Assembly: GCA_028534125.1 (NCBI GenBank)
Contig: JAPYYK010000093.1
Coordinates: forward strand, 620,001-684,000
DNA: 64,000 nt
Direction of reading: 5' to 3'
DNA from: Lama glama
Taxonomy: Eukaryota
Shown: positions 1-12,720 of the stretch, piece by piece
Layout of the letters: every line of letters begins with the position of its first letter
How positions within the stretch are numbered: the first letter of the stretch is position 1
Made by a program: the position numbers and the translations under genes
The notes under the pieces: model-generated
What the model was told of the DNA's origin: nothing
Database searches by the model: none
The model's input: the letters and a program-made list of their open reading frames with translations, nothing else

Positions 1-609
1 GCTGGGGAGGCAGCAGACATCCACTCGTCCCAGGTGACCTTGAGCTCATTACCTAATGTCACTGCACCTCAGTCTCCTTGAAGGTAAAATGGGCTCAATA
101 AGCCCCCTCATCTTCCTCTCAGAGCTGCTGGGAAGCCAATAGGGGCTTGACCCTTTGATACTAGTCGTAAGCACGCATGAAAGGGCTGCTCCTGTGGTGT
201 CCTCCAGGTCCATGGAAGGAGGTGGGGCAATAGTGCTACCCTCGCCCCTACACATTTCACCCAGTGGAGGTGATGAGCCAAGCCCAGCACACGCCAAGCC
301 AGGGGCAGGACTGGGACCGGAGCACATTTCAGAGTGATGGGTCGGTGAGGTTGGGGCAAGGGGCAGAGGTCTTCCTGCAGCTACTGAGGTGCACAGGGAG
401 AATGGGGTGGCCTGTGGGGCAATGTGACAGAAAGGGACAGGAGGTGGGTGGCCCAGGTCAGTTTAGAAGTTTCTCTTCTGTTAGAGAGGTTCCAGGAAGT
501 ATCCCAGGGACTAAACAGATTTGCCCATTGAATTGTTCAGATAGGGGCAGTTGCTAAGTTAGGGGTGGGGGTGGTCCATCAAAGTCTTGTGGGCCTTTTC
601 CACGACATT

Positions 610-770
610 TGATTTCCAACTACCTTGTTAATCCACAAGAATTCATTTTAAACTAAACTTGATCAAATCCTCCACATAAAACAGATTGAAGAGGAGCCAC
701 TCTGATGGAGGGATGGCAGGGAGTGGGGGGGGGCTCCAGAGGCTTCCAGAACAGAGTTAAAGTGCACACC
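610..770. mobile_element. hAT-Charlie MITE (Charlie4z-like), decayed
   Basis: cataaaacagattgaagaggagccactctgatggaggg...ggggctccagag resembles my recollection of Charlie4z. Confidence 0.45.
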
Positions 771-1068
771 CCATGTCAGAGGTGGGAATAAGGAGGGGCA
801 GGAGCTGGGCACAAGGCCTCAGCTCCAAACAGAGTCCGGACTCATTTCAAACCTCCTTGGAGGACCTTGGGAAAGGCCTTTCATAGCCGTGGGCGTGCCT
901 CAGGCTCCCATCTGCAGAATGGGTACCTCTTAGTAACCTCACCCTCAGTTGCCAAACAGGGGCTCCTGGGCTGCCTCCATCATGGAGACGGGCTATTTAT
1001 TCATCCTCCTGAAGTGCTGAGGTCTGGGCAAACTCATCTGCCTCCTAGCTCAGCTAATTGGAATCGCT

Positions 1069-1529
1069 NNNNNNNNNNNNNNNNNNNNNNNNNNNNNNNN
1101 NNNNNNNNNNNNNNNNNNNNNNNNNNNNNNNNNNNNNNNNNNNNNNNNNNNNNNNNNNNNNNNNNNNNNNNNNNNNNNNNNNNNNNNNNNNNNNNNNNNN
1201 NNNNNNNNNNNNNNNNTGGGCCATGGGGAGAGCCAGCCTGGCCCTGCCTGGGCGGCGGCCCCTGCTCCACCCCTGCCCAGCACCAGAGCCCGCTCCGCCC
1301 AGCCTGCCANNNNNNNNNNNNNNNNNNNNNNNNNNNNNNNNNNNNNNNNNNNNNNNNNNNNNNNNNNNNNNNNNNNNNNNNNNNNNNNNNNNNNNNNNNN
1401 NNNNNNNNNNNNNNNNNNNNNNNNNNNNNNNNNNNNNNNNNNNNNNNNNNNNNNNNNNNNNNNNNNNNNNNNNNNNNNNNNNNNNNNNNNNNNNNNNNNN
1501 NNNNNNNNNNNNNNNNNNNNNNNNNNNNN
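1069..1529. other. Assembly gaps (1069-1216 and 1310-1529) flanking a GC-rich contig fragment
   Basis: N runs. Confidence 1.
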
Positions 1530-4359
1530 GCCATGCGCACTGCGCCTCCCGCACCCTCTCACCAGGCGGGGGGCCTCTCTCTCCTCCCCAGGCACCCCAG
1601 AGTCCCTGAGAACTTGTCTCTGGCCGGCAGTCACAGACCCCTCTTCTGGCAGCAGGATGTAAGCCGTGGGGTGCAGGACACAGCGCCGCCTGTTCCAGGC
1701 TGGAGGAGAGGGGTAGCTTAGGTGTCCCCCTATGGCTGGACCATGGCCTTGCTGGAGTCCCGCCTTTCCCAGAAAAGCTTACGTGGGACATCATCTCTAA
1801 AGGGCATGCAGTCCCCCACTGTTGCCCCATGACCTAGACATGTCCCCCGCTATGACTGGACTACTGTCCACTGCTCAGGCCTTTCCAGCCTCTCTGTCTC
1901 TCTAACTAAGGAGGCAGGGCAGGGAGACCCAGCAACCCTGGTTACAGTTACTGTGCATTTTCTGAGTCCACTCTGCCCAAGCCTGCCCCAGGGCCAGGGA
2001 AGCATTTCACCTAAGGGTTCCCCACTGCTCCTTCTTAGGGCCAATTGCCATCCCCTCTTTGGAGCTTCCTCCACTCTCACCCACAGCCTGCTGCATTCCT
2101 TCCCTCCAGAAGGAGTCTTCTCTCTATTTCCTTGCCCACCAGAGCTGGCAGCTTTATTAGTAAGAGTCCAAGCCCTATAGCTGTAGGCAGGGTCACGGGG
2201 GTCCTGTCCTTTCTCCCTCTTCCCATGTCTATTGGCAAAACTCTGTAGTAAGGGATTCTCAGACATCCCCCCAAAGCTCTGGGGTGTATCTTCTCCATAG
2301 TCCCCACAGTGGCCGCCAGCCTCACCTGGGCCACTTTGGGCAGTAGCTCAATGCCACCTGTTTCCTGGAGCCAGCCCAGCCACTGTGGGGAGGCCCTGGG
2401 TCCTCTTGGTCAGAAGGACAGAGGGTTCTGCCTTTCTGCCCTCTCTGTCTGCTCAGCCCATAGTCCTAAGTCCCCCTCAAGGTTTTGGCTGAACAGTAGC
2501 TCAGATCTGAACACCCTTCAGGGAAGGTTAGGCTTGGGAGGGAGCTCAGAGTTTGGCCCATGGAACCTGTCACTGCATGACTGGGGACACTGAGTCCAAA
2601 AGAGGGGACATTCCAAGGCTATCTCCTAAAACAGGCTAGGAGGCAGGACCCAGGCTGTTGGTCTCAGCCCTGGCATTTGACCCTTGTGGGCTCTGGCACC
2701 CGTGATGATGGAATTTGAACCCTCGGCCCTGCTGTGTTGGGATGGAATGAGCTCAGCCTTGGTTGCTCAGGGGACCACAAGCAACTCCCTCTCCTCTCTG
2801 AGAGTCTGGAACTCAGTAAGGCCCTGCCTTTGAAGGCAGGACTCCTGGGACGGAGGAGGGTGACGAGGACACTGGGGCAAGCTGCTGGGCAGGGCAGCCT
2901 TCTGTGGGCACTCTGTGCCGGAGCCAGGGTAAGGACTGGGCCAGAGGGGAATCCTTGGGGTCCCCTAATGCTCCACTCATCCATCTCTGCCAAATCTCCT
3001 CCAGACCTGACCTGAGAGTGTAGAGCCTTAATGTCCCCCTCAAGGTCCCTGGGAGGAGCAGCCTGTGGCCAAGGGAACACCTGCACAGTGAGCTCCTCCC
3101 AGCACCATGACCCTGGCCTCACCAGGCCCAGGTCTTGGGGTCCCTGCCTGGGGAATAGGAACAATTTGGGGGCATCCTTGAGAGGAGACCAAAGCCCAGC
3201 AACTGCAGTGCGATGCAAATGCACCATGTGCTAAATGGGGAAAAATGAATTTTACACCCAGACAAAGTGACTTTTATCATGTTAACGACCGTGGTTTGCT
3301 CATCATGTCTGCTGCAGTGAAATGGGGCCTGTGGATGTTTTCCTTTTAGTTCTGCTTTTAAATGGAGGCATTTTCCCCCCTCATAGCAGACAAGCCAAGC
3401 CCCTCAGATTGGGATGACAGAAGTGCCAATTCAGCAAAAACAAAATGGAATAGTTTTTTTTTAAATCTTCATCTGTGCCTTCCAGCAAAAATAGAGCTCA
3501 GAATGAGGAGTTGGGGTGTGGTGTGAGGAGACCTGGCCGGAGGCAGGAGAGTGACTCTGGCCCAGCTCACCCCCAAGTCCCTGTGTGACCTGGGACTTAC
3601 CCATTCCTGACCTCAGCTTGCCCCGTGGTACCAGAAAGGACATGGGCTGGAGGTCCTTACAGTCAGAGAGCTGCTCTGCCCTGGCCCTTGCACAGATATC
3701 TGGGTCAAATTCGTCATGCTCGGTGTGTCTGGGTCCAGAGCTGCCTTTTCCATCAGACTGGGACTTCCAGTGGGCAAGCCAGGGCAGTATCATCACTGAG
3801 TCCGTGGTGCCCCCAGTGGCAAGTACAAGGCCTTGCATGGAAGGGGCACAGATGTTTGCTGATGGAGCCAGGATGAGTTCCTTGACATCTGCAAGGAGTG
3901 TCCAAGAGTAGATTCCGTTAGCCAAGATCCTAAGTTCCCCTACAAGCCCTGCAACCCGCACATATCATTGACACATGGCAACTCCATATTGTGCTCAACA
4001 AGAGTCAGGAAAACACCATCTGATGCTTTGTACAGCTGCCCAGCCTGGCACCCAGCTTCCCAGGAGGAGCTTGTGTTGCACCCAGTTGGGGAGTGCTCAG
4101 CTAAGGCAAATGAAGAGGCCTTTGGGGCTGGCATATCTGGGAAACCTCTGCTCTGACACTGTGCAGCACTGCTCTGGAAGGCTCACCCGGGTCAGGCAGG
4201 CAGGGCCTTGGATGAGCAGAGATCAGTGGACAATTAGCCAGCCCCAGCGGAGGTAATTAATCAACGTCTGAGACCTTCCATCTGGGTCTGCTGTGATCAC
4301 TGCCGCGTCGGTGCCCTGGTGGAAGTCAGGGCCTGGGCTAAGCTGACAGGAGTGGTCTT

Positions 4360-4525
4360 GATTGCCGTCAGCATCTCCGTGGCCAGCGCAAACACCACTA
4401 CCAACATTGCCTTCAGCAGCTCAGTGTTGCCATCACCATTACAGTCAGCCATCACTGTCACCCCCACAGTAGCATCATCACCCAGCCAGGGACTCACCGT
4501 CACCATCTCCATCCATGCTCACCCG
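4360..4525 (+). repeat. Degenerate (CAC/CAT)n trinucleotide-like low-complexity tract
   Basis: 3-periodic C; produces spurious Thr/Ser- and Val-rich ORFs on both strands. Confidence 0.6.
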
Positions 4526-4769
4526 TGCTTACTGTTTCCGATTCAAGACGCTTTCACACTGTCTCCTCATTCCATTCTCCCCAGTCCCAAAAGATACTTG
4601 GGTGCCTCACTGGTGGGGAGACTAAGGCATAGAGGAGGGAAAGGCCAGGGTGGTTAAACCAAGTGAGAATCTGGCTTCCTGGCACATAGCCTACCATCAC
4701 TGCCAACCCCTCCTCCCCTCACCCAGTACCACCTGCTCACAGAGCCATCAGCTTCCTCCCCACATCAAT

Positions 4770-5130
4770 CAGAATAGGTTAAGTTAGGCTGCTGTAACAA
4801 CAATGTAAAATCTTAGTGGCTTAAGATAACAAAGGTTTATTTCTTTTGGTTGCTACATGTCCTTCATAGGGCAGTCAAGGCTCTGCTCCATGTCATCCTC
4901 ACATTGAGACCAGGCTGACTAAACAGTCAAAGTCTGGAAAACTGTCCTGGCAGAGGGAGAGAGGGCCTTGAAAGGTCTCACATCAGCAATTAACTGCTCT
5001 GGCTTGGAAATATTGCTTCTGCTCATCACTTATTGGTCAGAACCAGATGGCAGTCCCATTTGACCACTGAGGGCAGGAAGGGGCAATTCTACCTTCAGCC
5101 TGGAAGCAGGCAGAACAAGGACATTTGTCA
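4770..5130. mobile_element. Old MLT1-type (MaLR) LTR
   Basis: taggctgctgtaacaa...cttagtggcttaa...aaaggtttatttct and attggtcagaaccag...ccactgagggcagg segments resemble the MLT1J/K/L group. Confidence 0.7.
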
Positions 5131-6761
5131 ACTGCCCAGTGGCTTTCACTGTTGTATTTCCTTCTCTCCCTGCCTCCACCTCCCAGCCCCATGCACCCAC
5201 ATTCTCCCCTGGCTCAGCAGGACTTTGAGGGTTGAGATAAGGCCTTCTCAGTCCCTCTGAAATCCTGCTGGGATTTCTGCTCCAGGAAAGGATGCCCCAG
5301 GGGGTTGAGGCTGAGTGACCCTAGAGGACCTAGGAGCCTGTCCTTTCCCAGTGGAGCCTTGTGGAAAGGGAAGGAGAGTCTGAGCTGGGCTTCAGGGAGT
5401 GTCTCTGGCCACAGGTGTGGTAATGGTTGCAATGGGAAAGGCTAAGTCATAGAGCGGCCTGTAGAGTCTTGTGAGGACTCAGAAAGGGTAGGAGACTCAA
5501 CAGAAAGGCCAAGACAGAGGAGAATGATAAATGAGGTGGCCAGAGAGGCCCCCAGTGGCTCTGGGTGACCAGCTGTCTGGCTGGTTCTGGGCTGTGAGCC
5601 TCCTGGTCTGTGTGGGCATTTGTAAGTCACCATTTGGGGTGCCTAGTCACAGACTGGATCTCCAGTTCTCTACCCTTGCAGCCTTGTCTCCAGGGGCTGA
5701 GATGCAGGAGGGGAGATTGAGGGGAGGGGGCTGCTTAGAGGCTCTGGATATCGGGTCTGAAATTCCAGATTTCAGCCCCAGGACTCTAGATTCCCAGCTT
5801 AGTGTTTATTTTGCTCTACTCCCATGGGCCAGGGCTGGGTGGGGGTGGTGTGAAGTGATGGGATAGGGAGAGTCTGCACCCAGGCGAGGTCACATCTGAT
5901 TCTCCTGGTGCTGCGTGCCAGTGCCAGGGCAAATGTGGCTCTTCCCACATCATCCATCACTGGGCTACAGAAGGCTGTTCATGATCAATAAAACAAACAA
6001 TTATCCTGTCATTACTGATTGCGAGCCTGGGGCAGGAGCAGCAGCTGAGGGAGGGGGCACTTTGGGTGTAGGGGAGCTTCTGATGAGGACAGTCCACATC
6101 TGGAGTTTTGGCCCAGGTTGCAGGTACAGGGGATGAGGATTGTGAAGGCTACCAGGCAAGGCTGCCCAGCAGTAGGGACAGGACCCAGAACAGGCAAAGC
6201 AGGGGCACTGAGCTCTGTCTGAAGGAGGTGGGAGGCAGGCCAGTCCCCACAAGGCTGGAGGAGGGGGCAGCACTGAATGAACTGACTGGCCCCACCCTCT
6301 CACCCACTCCCCTCCTTCTGGGGTCTCTCACTGAGCAGCCTGAGCTTGGGGAAAGGGAAACATCACGGAAGGTAGTAACCATGAACCACAAATGGTAGTA
6401 ACCAGCCACAAAGTAAGAACCCTTTTCTGCCTGCCTAGCCGACCTCCCGCATCTTGGGATCTTAAGCACTCAACCAGTATACACAGGCAGGGGTGTGTCC
6501 AAGGCAGTGGGTATGGGTCTGACTGTGGGGGTTGGGGGAGGGGGAGCAACTGCAGCTCTGGAACCTGAGTTCCAGCTCCTGAAAGATGCTTGACTTCTGG
6601 CTTTGGAAAGGAGGACCTGCACTCCACATCCCTTGGAGGGTGGAGCAGGCCCATGGCCGGCTGACTCAACAGATAGGAACTGGGGCTGCACAGTTCAAAC
6701 CCTCCAGTTCTGTTCCCTGTCCTATTCCCAGCCCCACTGAAGGGAAATCTCTCTCCATCAG

Positions 6762-7021
6762 NNNNNNNNNNNNNNNNNNNNNNNNNNNNNNNNNNNNNNN
6801 NNNNNNNNNNNNNNNNNNNNNNNNNNNNNNNNNNNNNNNNNNNNNNNNNNNNNNNNNNNNNNNNNNNNNNNNNNNNNNNNNNNNNNNNNNNNNNNNNNNN
6901 NNNNNNNNNNNNNNNNNNNNNNNNNNNNNNNNNNNNNNNNNNNNNNNNNNNNNNNNNNNNNNNNNNNNNNNNNNNNNNNNNNNNNNNNNNNNNNNNNNNN
7001 NNNNNNNNNNNNNNNNNNNNN
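6762..7021. other. Assembly gap
   Basis: N run. Confidence 1.
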
Positions 7022-10000
7022 CCGGGATCACATTTGGTATTGAAACAATTTTTCAATTTATTAAAAAGTCATTAAGGTGGTTGGGGTGGGAGGTGCAGGG
7101 AGCTGCGCTAAGCCGCTGAGTCAGGGCTGTGGATCTGCGAGTGGTGGCAGGCAAAGGGGGTTCTGCAAGCAGGAAGAGACCCCAGGACTGTCTCACTCCT
7201 AAGCCTGGCTCTCTCCAAGGGACCTGTTCTGGGTGAAAGAGAATCCTAAGATGTCAGCCCCTGCCTCCACCCCAGCAACCCTATCCTTTGCCTGTCCAGT
7301 CGTCCAGAGTCTGCCTTCCAGACTATGAGCTCCCTCGGACTTGGGAACAATTTGGCTACTGAGCCCTGAGCCACTTTCTGGTGCTCCCATGACAAGAGCT
7401 GAGAGTCTGCCTGACTCCCACCTCTGGCAAGGAGACAGATCCCTCCCACCAGCTCAGGCCCTCGGAGCCCCCAGCTGAGAACATGTGGCCATTTGGAAGG
7501 ACACCTGGTGTGGCCGAGTGCCTTGTTCCAATTGCTGGTCCTGTTCACTCAATCATTTAATTACTCCTCTGACACTTCTTACTCCCAGGAGGGATTTGCA
7601 GGGGTTTAGGACGCTGGTGAGCTACAAGCCCAGCTCAGCCCAAGTCCTGGCTGGGGTGGGACCTGAGGGGTAGCAGCTACTTGGGCTCAAGTCACAGCTC
7701 AACCACAGTGCAAACTGTCGACCTTGGACAAGTCAGTTAACCCTTCTGCGCCTCAGTGTCTGCTCCAGGAGAAAGGGAGAGCTGCCTGTGTCCACACATG
7801 GGACAAGGGAGGTCACAAGATCTCATCTGTCCCTCTTCATCCAGAACTGTCATGTCACCCTCTGCCCCTCCGCCGTCAAAGTCCTGGCTCTTCTGTCAGG
7901 GGCTACTTCACACATGTTATTCCCTCTGATGGTAATACCTACCCCCTCCCATGGAATTCTGGAGAATTCCACTCACCCTACCTTCAGGCCTCTGCTTTAA
8001 TGACCTTCCGCAAATCTGAATGGGGCCTTGGAGTGATCCCCTGGCTCCTGGGCTGCTCCCTCTCATCACACAGTGCCCGACCAGGGTCTTGTCCGCCCCC
8101 ATCAGGCATGGGCCCCAGAAGGGCCAAGTCCTGTCCCTGACATTCATCAGCAGAGCCAAGACCTTGTGCCCTCCCTCCATGTGAGGCCGCCCTTAGCCAG
8201 CCTTGGACCTTGGTGGACCAGACTGGCCGTTCTTTCTGGGGCTTTCTGTTGGAGGACATGGGACCCCAGAGCCAGAGGACCAGACAATGCTGGTCCTTCA
8301 TAGGCTCTCTTGATTCAGTGCTGAGGGACCATACCTCTCAGCTCTGTCCCTACCTTACTCCAGTGCCCTGCTCTGGACCTGTTGCCAGGGAGGGAGCCAG
8401 GCAGGGGAGCCAGCTCCATTCTCTGAAGCCCCATACCCACCAAGAAACCCAGGATGAGGCAGGGGCTGGGGCAGGGACTTGTGTTGCTACCGACTTCTGG
8501 GTTGCCTTGGCTAGCTCTGCCTCTATGTGCCTCAACTTTCCCCATATGTATAGCGTCCACCTACCCATTAGCTGAAGAGAGATGGAACTGGGGTCAAATA
8601 TTCTAATGGAAGGGAAGACTCCAGGCTAAGAAGAAGAACCTGGGAGCAGGGCTGGAGTTTGAGCGTCAGCATGATTGGGGGTGACTGGTGAGGTTGGGGC
8701 TGGCTCTGCTGCACAGGGTTGGGTTCCAGGCCTGACCTGCTCCCTATTGTCACAGGCACCACAGGCCACAGAGAAGGAATGCTGGGTGCTGGGCACCCTT
8801 CCCCCCCTGCACCTCTCACCTGCAGGCAGGTGGAATTGAGCGTGTTCCAGACACTCTATTTCCCAGGAATTTATGGAGGGTTTTATCTTCCCTCCTTGAT
8901 CACCAGTGAGGGGAAGGAGAGGGCGCACTTGGCTCCCTCCCCGCCAGAGGGGCAAGGAACGGTAGCTGGCCACCCTGGAGCTTGGAAAATACTATCTAAA
9001 TCCCACCTCAGCAAACCCCCCTTCCCCCTATGGGGCCTCGTCAGGGCCCGGCGGGTATGGGGAGGGGATGGCAGCCATTTAAGCTGTCACCAGCTCCATC
9101 AGAGGATTTAAATCACTGACACAGAGTAACAGCGCTGTAGATTATAGTGCGGGAGCCACGCGGGCACAGCACAGCAGAGGCAGAGGAGGGGTGGGAGGGG
9201 AGTAAGGAGGTACGAGCTGAGAGAAGCATTGCCCTGGTATCTCAGTTGGGGGGCACTCTGCAGCTGAGGTGGGCCCAGCAGCAGGGAGCCTGGCCCTCCA
9301 CTCAGACCAGCCTCTCACAGAAGCCCCCACACTCCTGGGCTACTCTAGGGCCCACCCCAGCTGGGGACCCATCCTTGGTGCCCTCCAGATAATGGCTGGG
9401 ATCATGGCTCATGTCTCTCCCAGGCTCCCTGTGGCTCTTGCACCCAGAGGGCTCACAGCCATGGACACCCCTGTGAGTGGGTGGGGGTGAGGGAGGGGCC
9501 TGGGGGCACCTGGCAGGGAGCCTGCCTGCTCCTGCTCAGAGGCGCCCAGCCATTGTCTTTGATTGCATGGTATTAGCCATAAATTACAGGCTTTGGGAGG
9601 CCGCATGTAAAAATAAAATAAAATAAGTGTCAAAAGACAGAGAAAATATTGATTCTTCAGAGAGAAGAAAGGATAGCTTGGTTAAATTAAAACTTTGAGA
9701 GGAAGGAGAGTGTGGGAAGATGGTCCCTAGGACTGGAGAGCAGCCTGGGGTGTGGTGGAGGTTGCGTGGGAGACCAAAATTCAGATGATCAACAAATATG
9801 CTGGTCCTGAGATCCTGGCCTATCCAGGACAACATGGAGGAGACAGGAGAAAGATGTGAAACATTCACTGGGAAGACAAAAGACCCATGTGACTCAACAG
9901 GAGGGAACTCCAGGGACTCACTCACAGGCTGAGTGGGGCAGCTGGGCTCAGGCTGGGGTCTGGTCGGGATGTAGGAGCTCTCCGTTGTCACGAGGCCCAT

Positions 10001-12539
10001 CTACTCAGTGAGAGGGCCACTCCCCCACCTACCCTCCCAGCCTAGGGAAAAATCCCAGGCCCCTCCCTCTCTGCCTGGGTCACGGGACTGCAGGGAGGCC
10101 CATATTAGAGCCCAGCGTGCCCTACCCATAAGGTCCCCCCTCACCCTCTTTCTCCCCTCTCCCACTGAGAAAGACAGGGAGATTTCCCAAGGCTGCCTCA
10201 GTAAGGGCCGAAACAATAGAAAGATAGGGTGAAGGATGGACAGAGGCCCTGGCTGTCTGGCAGATGGACCATGTCCACAATGACATTTCTGCAGCAGGCA
10301 GGACATCCTACTGGGGCCTGATACAGATCCCAGACCTGTAGCACCTTAAGGCCAAGGCAGGGAGGACACTCAGAACATGGGAGATGTCAGGCCCAAGGGG
10401 ATAGACAGGAGTCCCTGGAAGTATTGGCTAAAAAGAGCAGGAGTGGCAAAAGTGCCCCCCACCCCTCATCACAGTTTTCCTGGACCTCCAGGGACTACCG
10501 CTATGAAGAAATCAGGACAGTTCTGAGGCTACAGGCTATTTTTCTAGAGGCTCTTGGACTTCAGATTGGGGGACTCAATTGTTTCTTCAATGAACAAAAT
10601 GCACTAAAAGGACAACTTACTCCCAGTAACAGCCTTTGGGCCCTTCAGTCACTCATCATAGCCTTGGGAGGAGGGAGAGTCCAAGCTAGCCCTGCCAGGC
10701 TTCCTTTGTTCTTCTGAAGGGAGTCAAAGCAAGAGAATCTGTAGGGTGCTTGCCATGAGGAACAGAACTGGGCACAACAAGGGCTGGGCAGCTGGATGAA
10801 GCCTGACATGGCTCCTGCCAGAGGTTGGGGGTGGTTCCCAGAGGTGAGACACCTCATCATCAGGGTCACCTGCCTGAACGTCTCCCCTTTCCCTCACCTG
10901 CAGCCCCTGGCCCCATCCATCTAGCTGCTCCCACTTTCCTAGTTCACTGCACAGTCCTGCTTGAACTCAAAGGGTGGCAGGATGGGGCACTGCAGCAGGC
11001 TGGCTGGACCGGCCCTAGCATGGCCTGCATCTAGCACCTGCTCCCCATCAGCAAGTGGGCCCCTGCCTGGGAGCACTTCCTCTGGTGAAGGTGTCCCCCT
11101 GACACCGGGCATCTGGGATGAAAGATGCCTGTCTTCCTGAAGTGGGGAGGGGAGCAGCCTCTGCTGCCAAGACCCCCCTATCCACCTTTCTGCCCAGTAG
11201 CCCTGAGGCTGGCCATGTTTGACTTGCCATTGGCACTCAAGGGCAAAGCTTGGTCCAGGCTTCTTCCTGCCACTCAGGCTCCCCAACCCTGCTAGTTAGA
11301 TGTCTAGCTATGCTAGATGACCACACTGGATGAAAACTCCAGGACTCAGGAGGTGTTGGGGTAGGTGACTCCTTGAGGGCCCCACTGGGATTGAGACTAA
11401 AAGCCCCCTTCTCAGTGTCTACATCCTCAGCCAGTCCCTCCACCTCTGGTGTCCTTGAACTTGTCCTCCTGTCCCTGTAGACTGGCCCCTAGGGCAGCCT
11501 TCCTCCTCATCCTTCCTTCCTCAGGCTCCCTCACCCTGAGCCTCTTTGAGTCCTGTCCTTTTAACCCCCTCCCCCATTCACCCCCTCCCCAGGCCAGCCA
11601 GGGGCCGTGCTGGCTGACTTCACCTTGAAGCTCCCTTATCACAGTCTCCATCTCCTGCTGGCCTTAGCTGGAGCAAAATTGTTTTCTTTGCGCCTGCCCT
11701 GAGCAGTGGGGCCAGAGCGGGTGCAGGGATGGGAATGGGCTATGGTGGGTGGAAAGTTAAATTTTGAGATCCAAGGGCCTCCTGTACTTCCTCTTCCTGC
11801 ACCTGGACCCCATCCCTGCCCCACCCCAACCCTGGAACCCAGGTACAGTCCTGGCCTAACCTGATTTGTCACTCATGCCCACACTCACTCACCCTTCTCA
11901 TCCTGGACTGAGCTGACCCAACAGACCCTTGGGATGCCTCCTCCCATGTGCGAACATGCTCCCCCACCCCATGGGCTGGGACCCACACAAGCACAAGCCC
12001 AGATTCCTCTGGACCTCCATTGTGCACTTGTGCTCCCCTTTGGGCATGCACACACTCCCCCACATAAACATGTGCCCACTTAGTTGTGCATATGCCTAAC
12101 ACAGAGTTCCAGAAGGTCAGAGCTCAGGCAAGCTCAGAAGTCCTCCACTCCCCTAACCCAGTCCACATACCCTGATGTACAGATGGGAAAGCAGAGGCCC
12201 AGCGGAGTGGAATGGAAGCAGACATCCTGGGTGAGAGGGTGGGAGGTGCCGCTGCAAAGTCCCGGGAGGGGTTAGGGGTCCAGGTAGTTTCCCCTCAGCT
12301 TTGAAGAAAGGCCTCTCTGTTGGGCCATTCAGCTGGGGACATTCTCTCTCCAGCCTTTTTTCCTGACTAGAGACATCAAGACCCCAGTGCTCTGCCCTGA
12401 GGCACTCCTGAGGCACCCCCTACATCCCTCATCCCCTGCCCTCCACTCTCTCCTCTCCATCCTAGCTTTCTCTTAGAGCCACCTCCCCACCAGGAAAATC
12501 ACCTCAGGCCCCAGCCATGCTCTGGAGTACCAGCTCCAG

Positions 12540-12720
12540 GATATTGCTGTATGACTTCAGGCAAGTCACTTCACCTCTCTGATCCTCCATTTCCTCGGCA
12601 AATGGGGATGATAACACATCTGACCTCATACCCTCACATGATCTTATGAAGCTGAAAGACTCACCTGGAAGGAACTTAGTGCAGGGAACAGAATCCTGTA
12701 CCAATATAATATTAAACAGC
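12540..12720 (+). mobile_element. MIR SINE
   Basis: MIR core gctgtatgacttcaggcaagtcacttcacctctctg...aaatggggatgataac. Confidence 0.8.

Noticed and set aside
867-1830. Long ORFs of 168-284 aa in the track
   Set aside because: They are artefacts of reading through N gaps; the same applies to ORFs across the 6.8, 14.0 and 17.0 kb gaps.
4297-4657. Signal-peptide plus mucin-like ORF (MEVRAWAKLTGVVLIAVSISVASANTTT...)
   Set aside because: Starts at GTG, overlaps a degenerate trinucleotide tract, and has no promoter or splice support.
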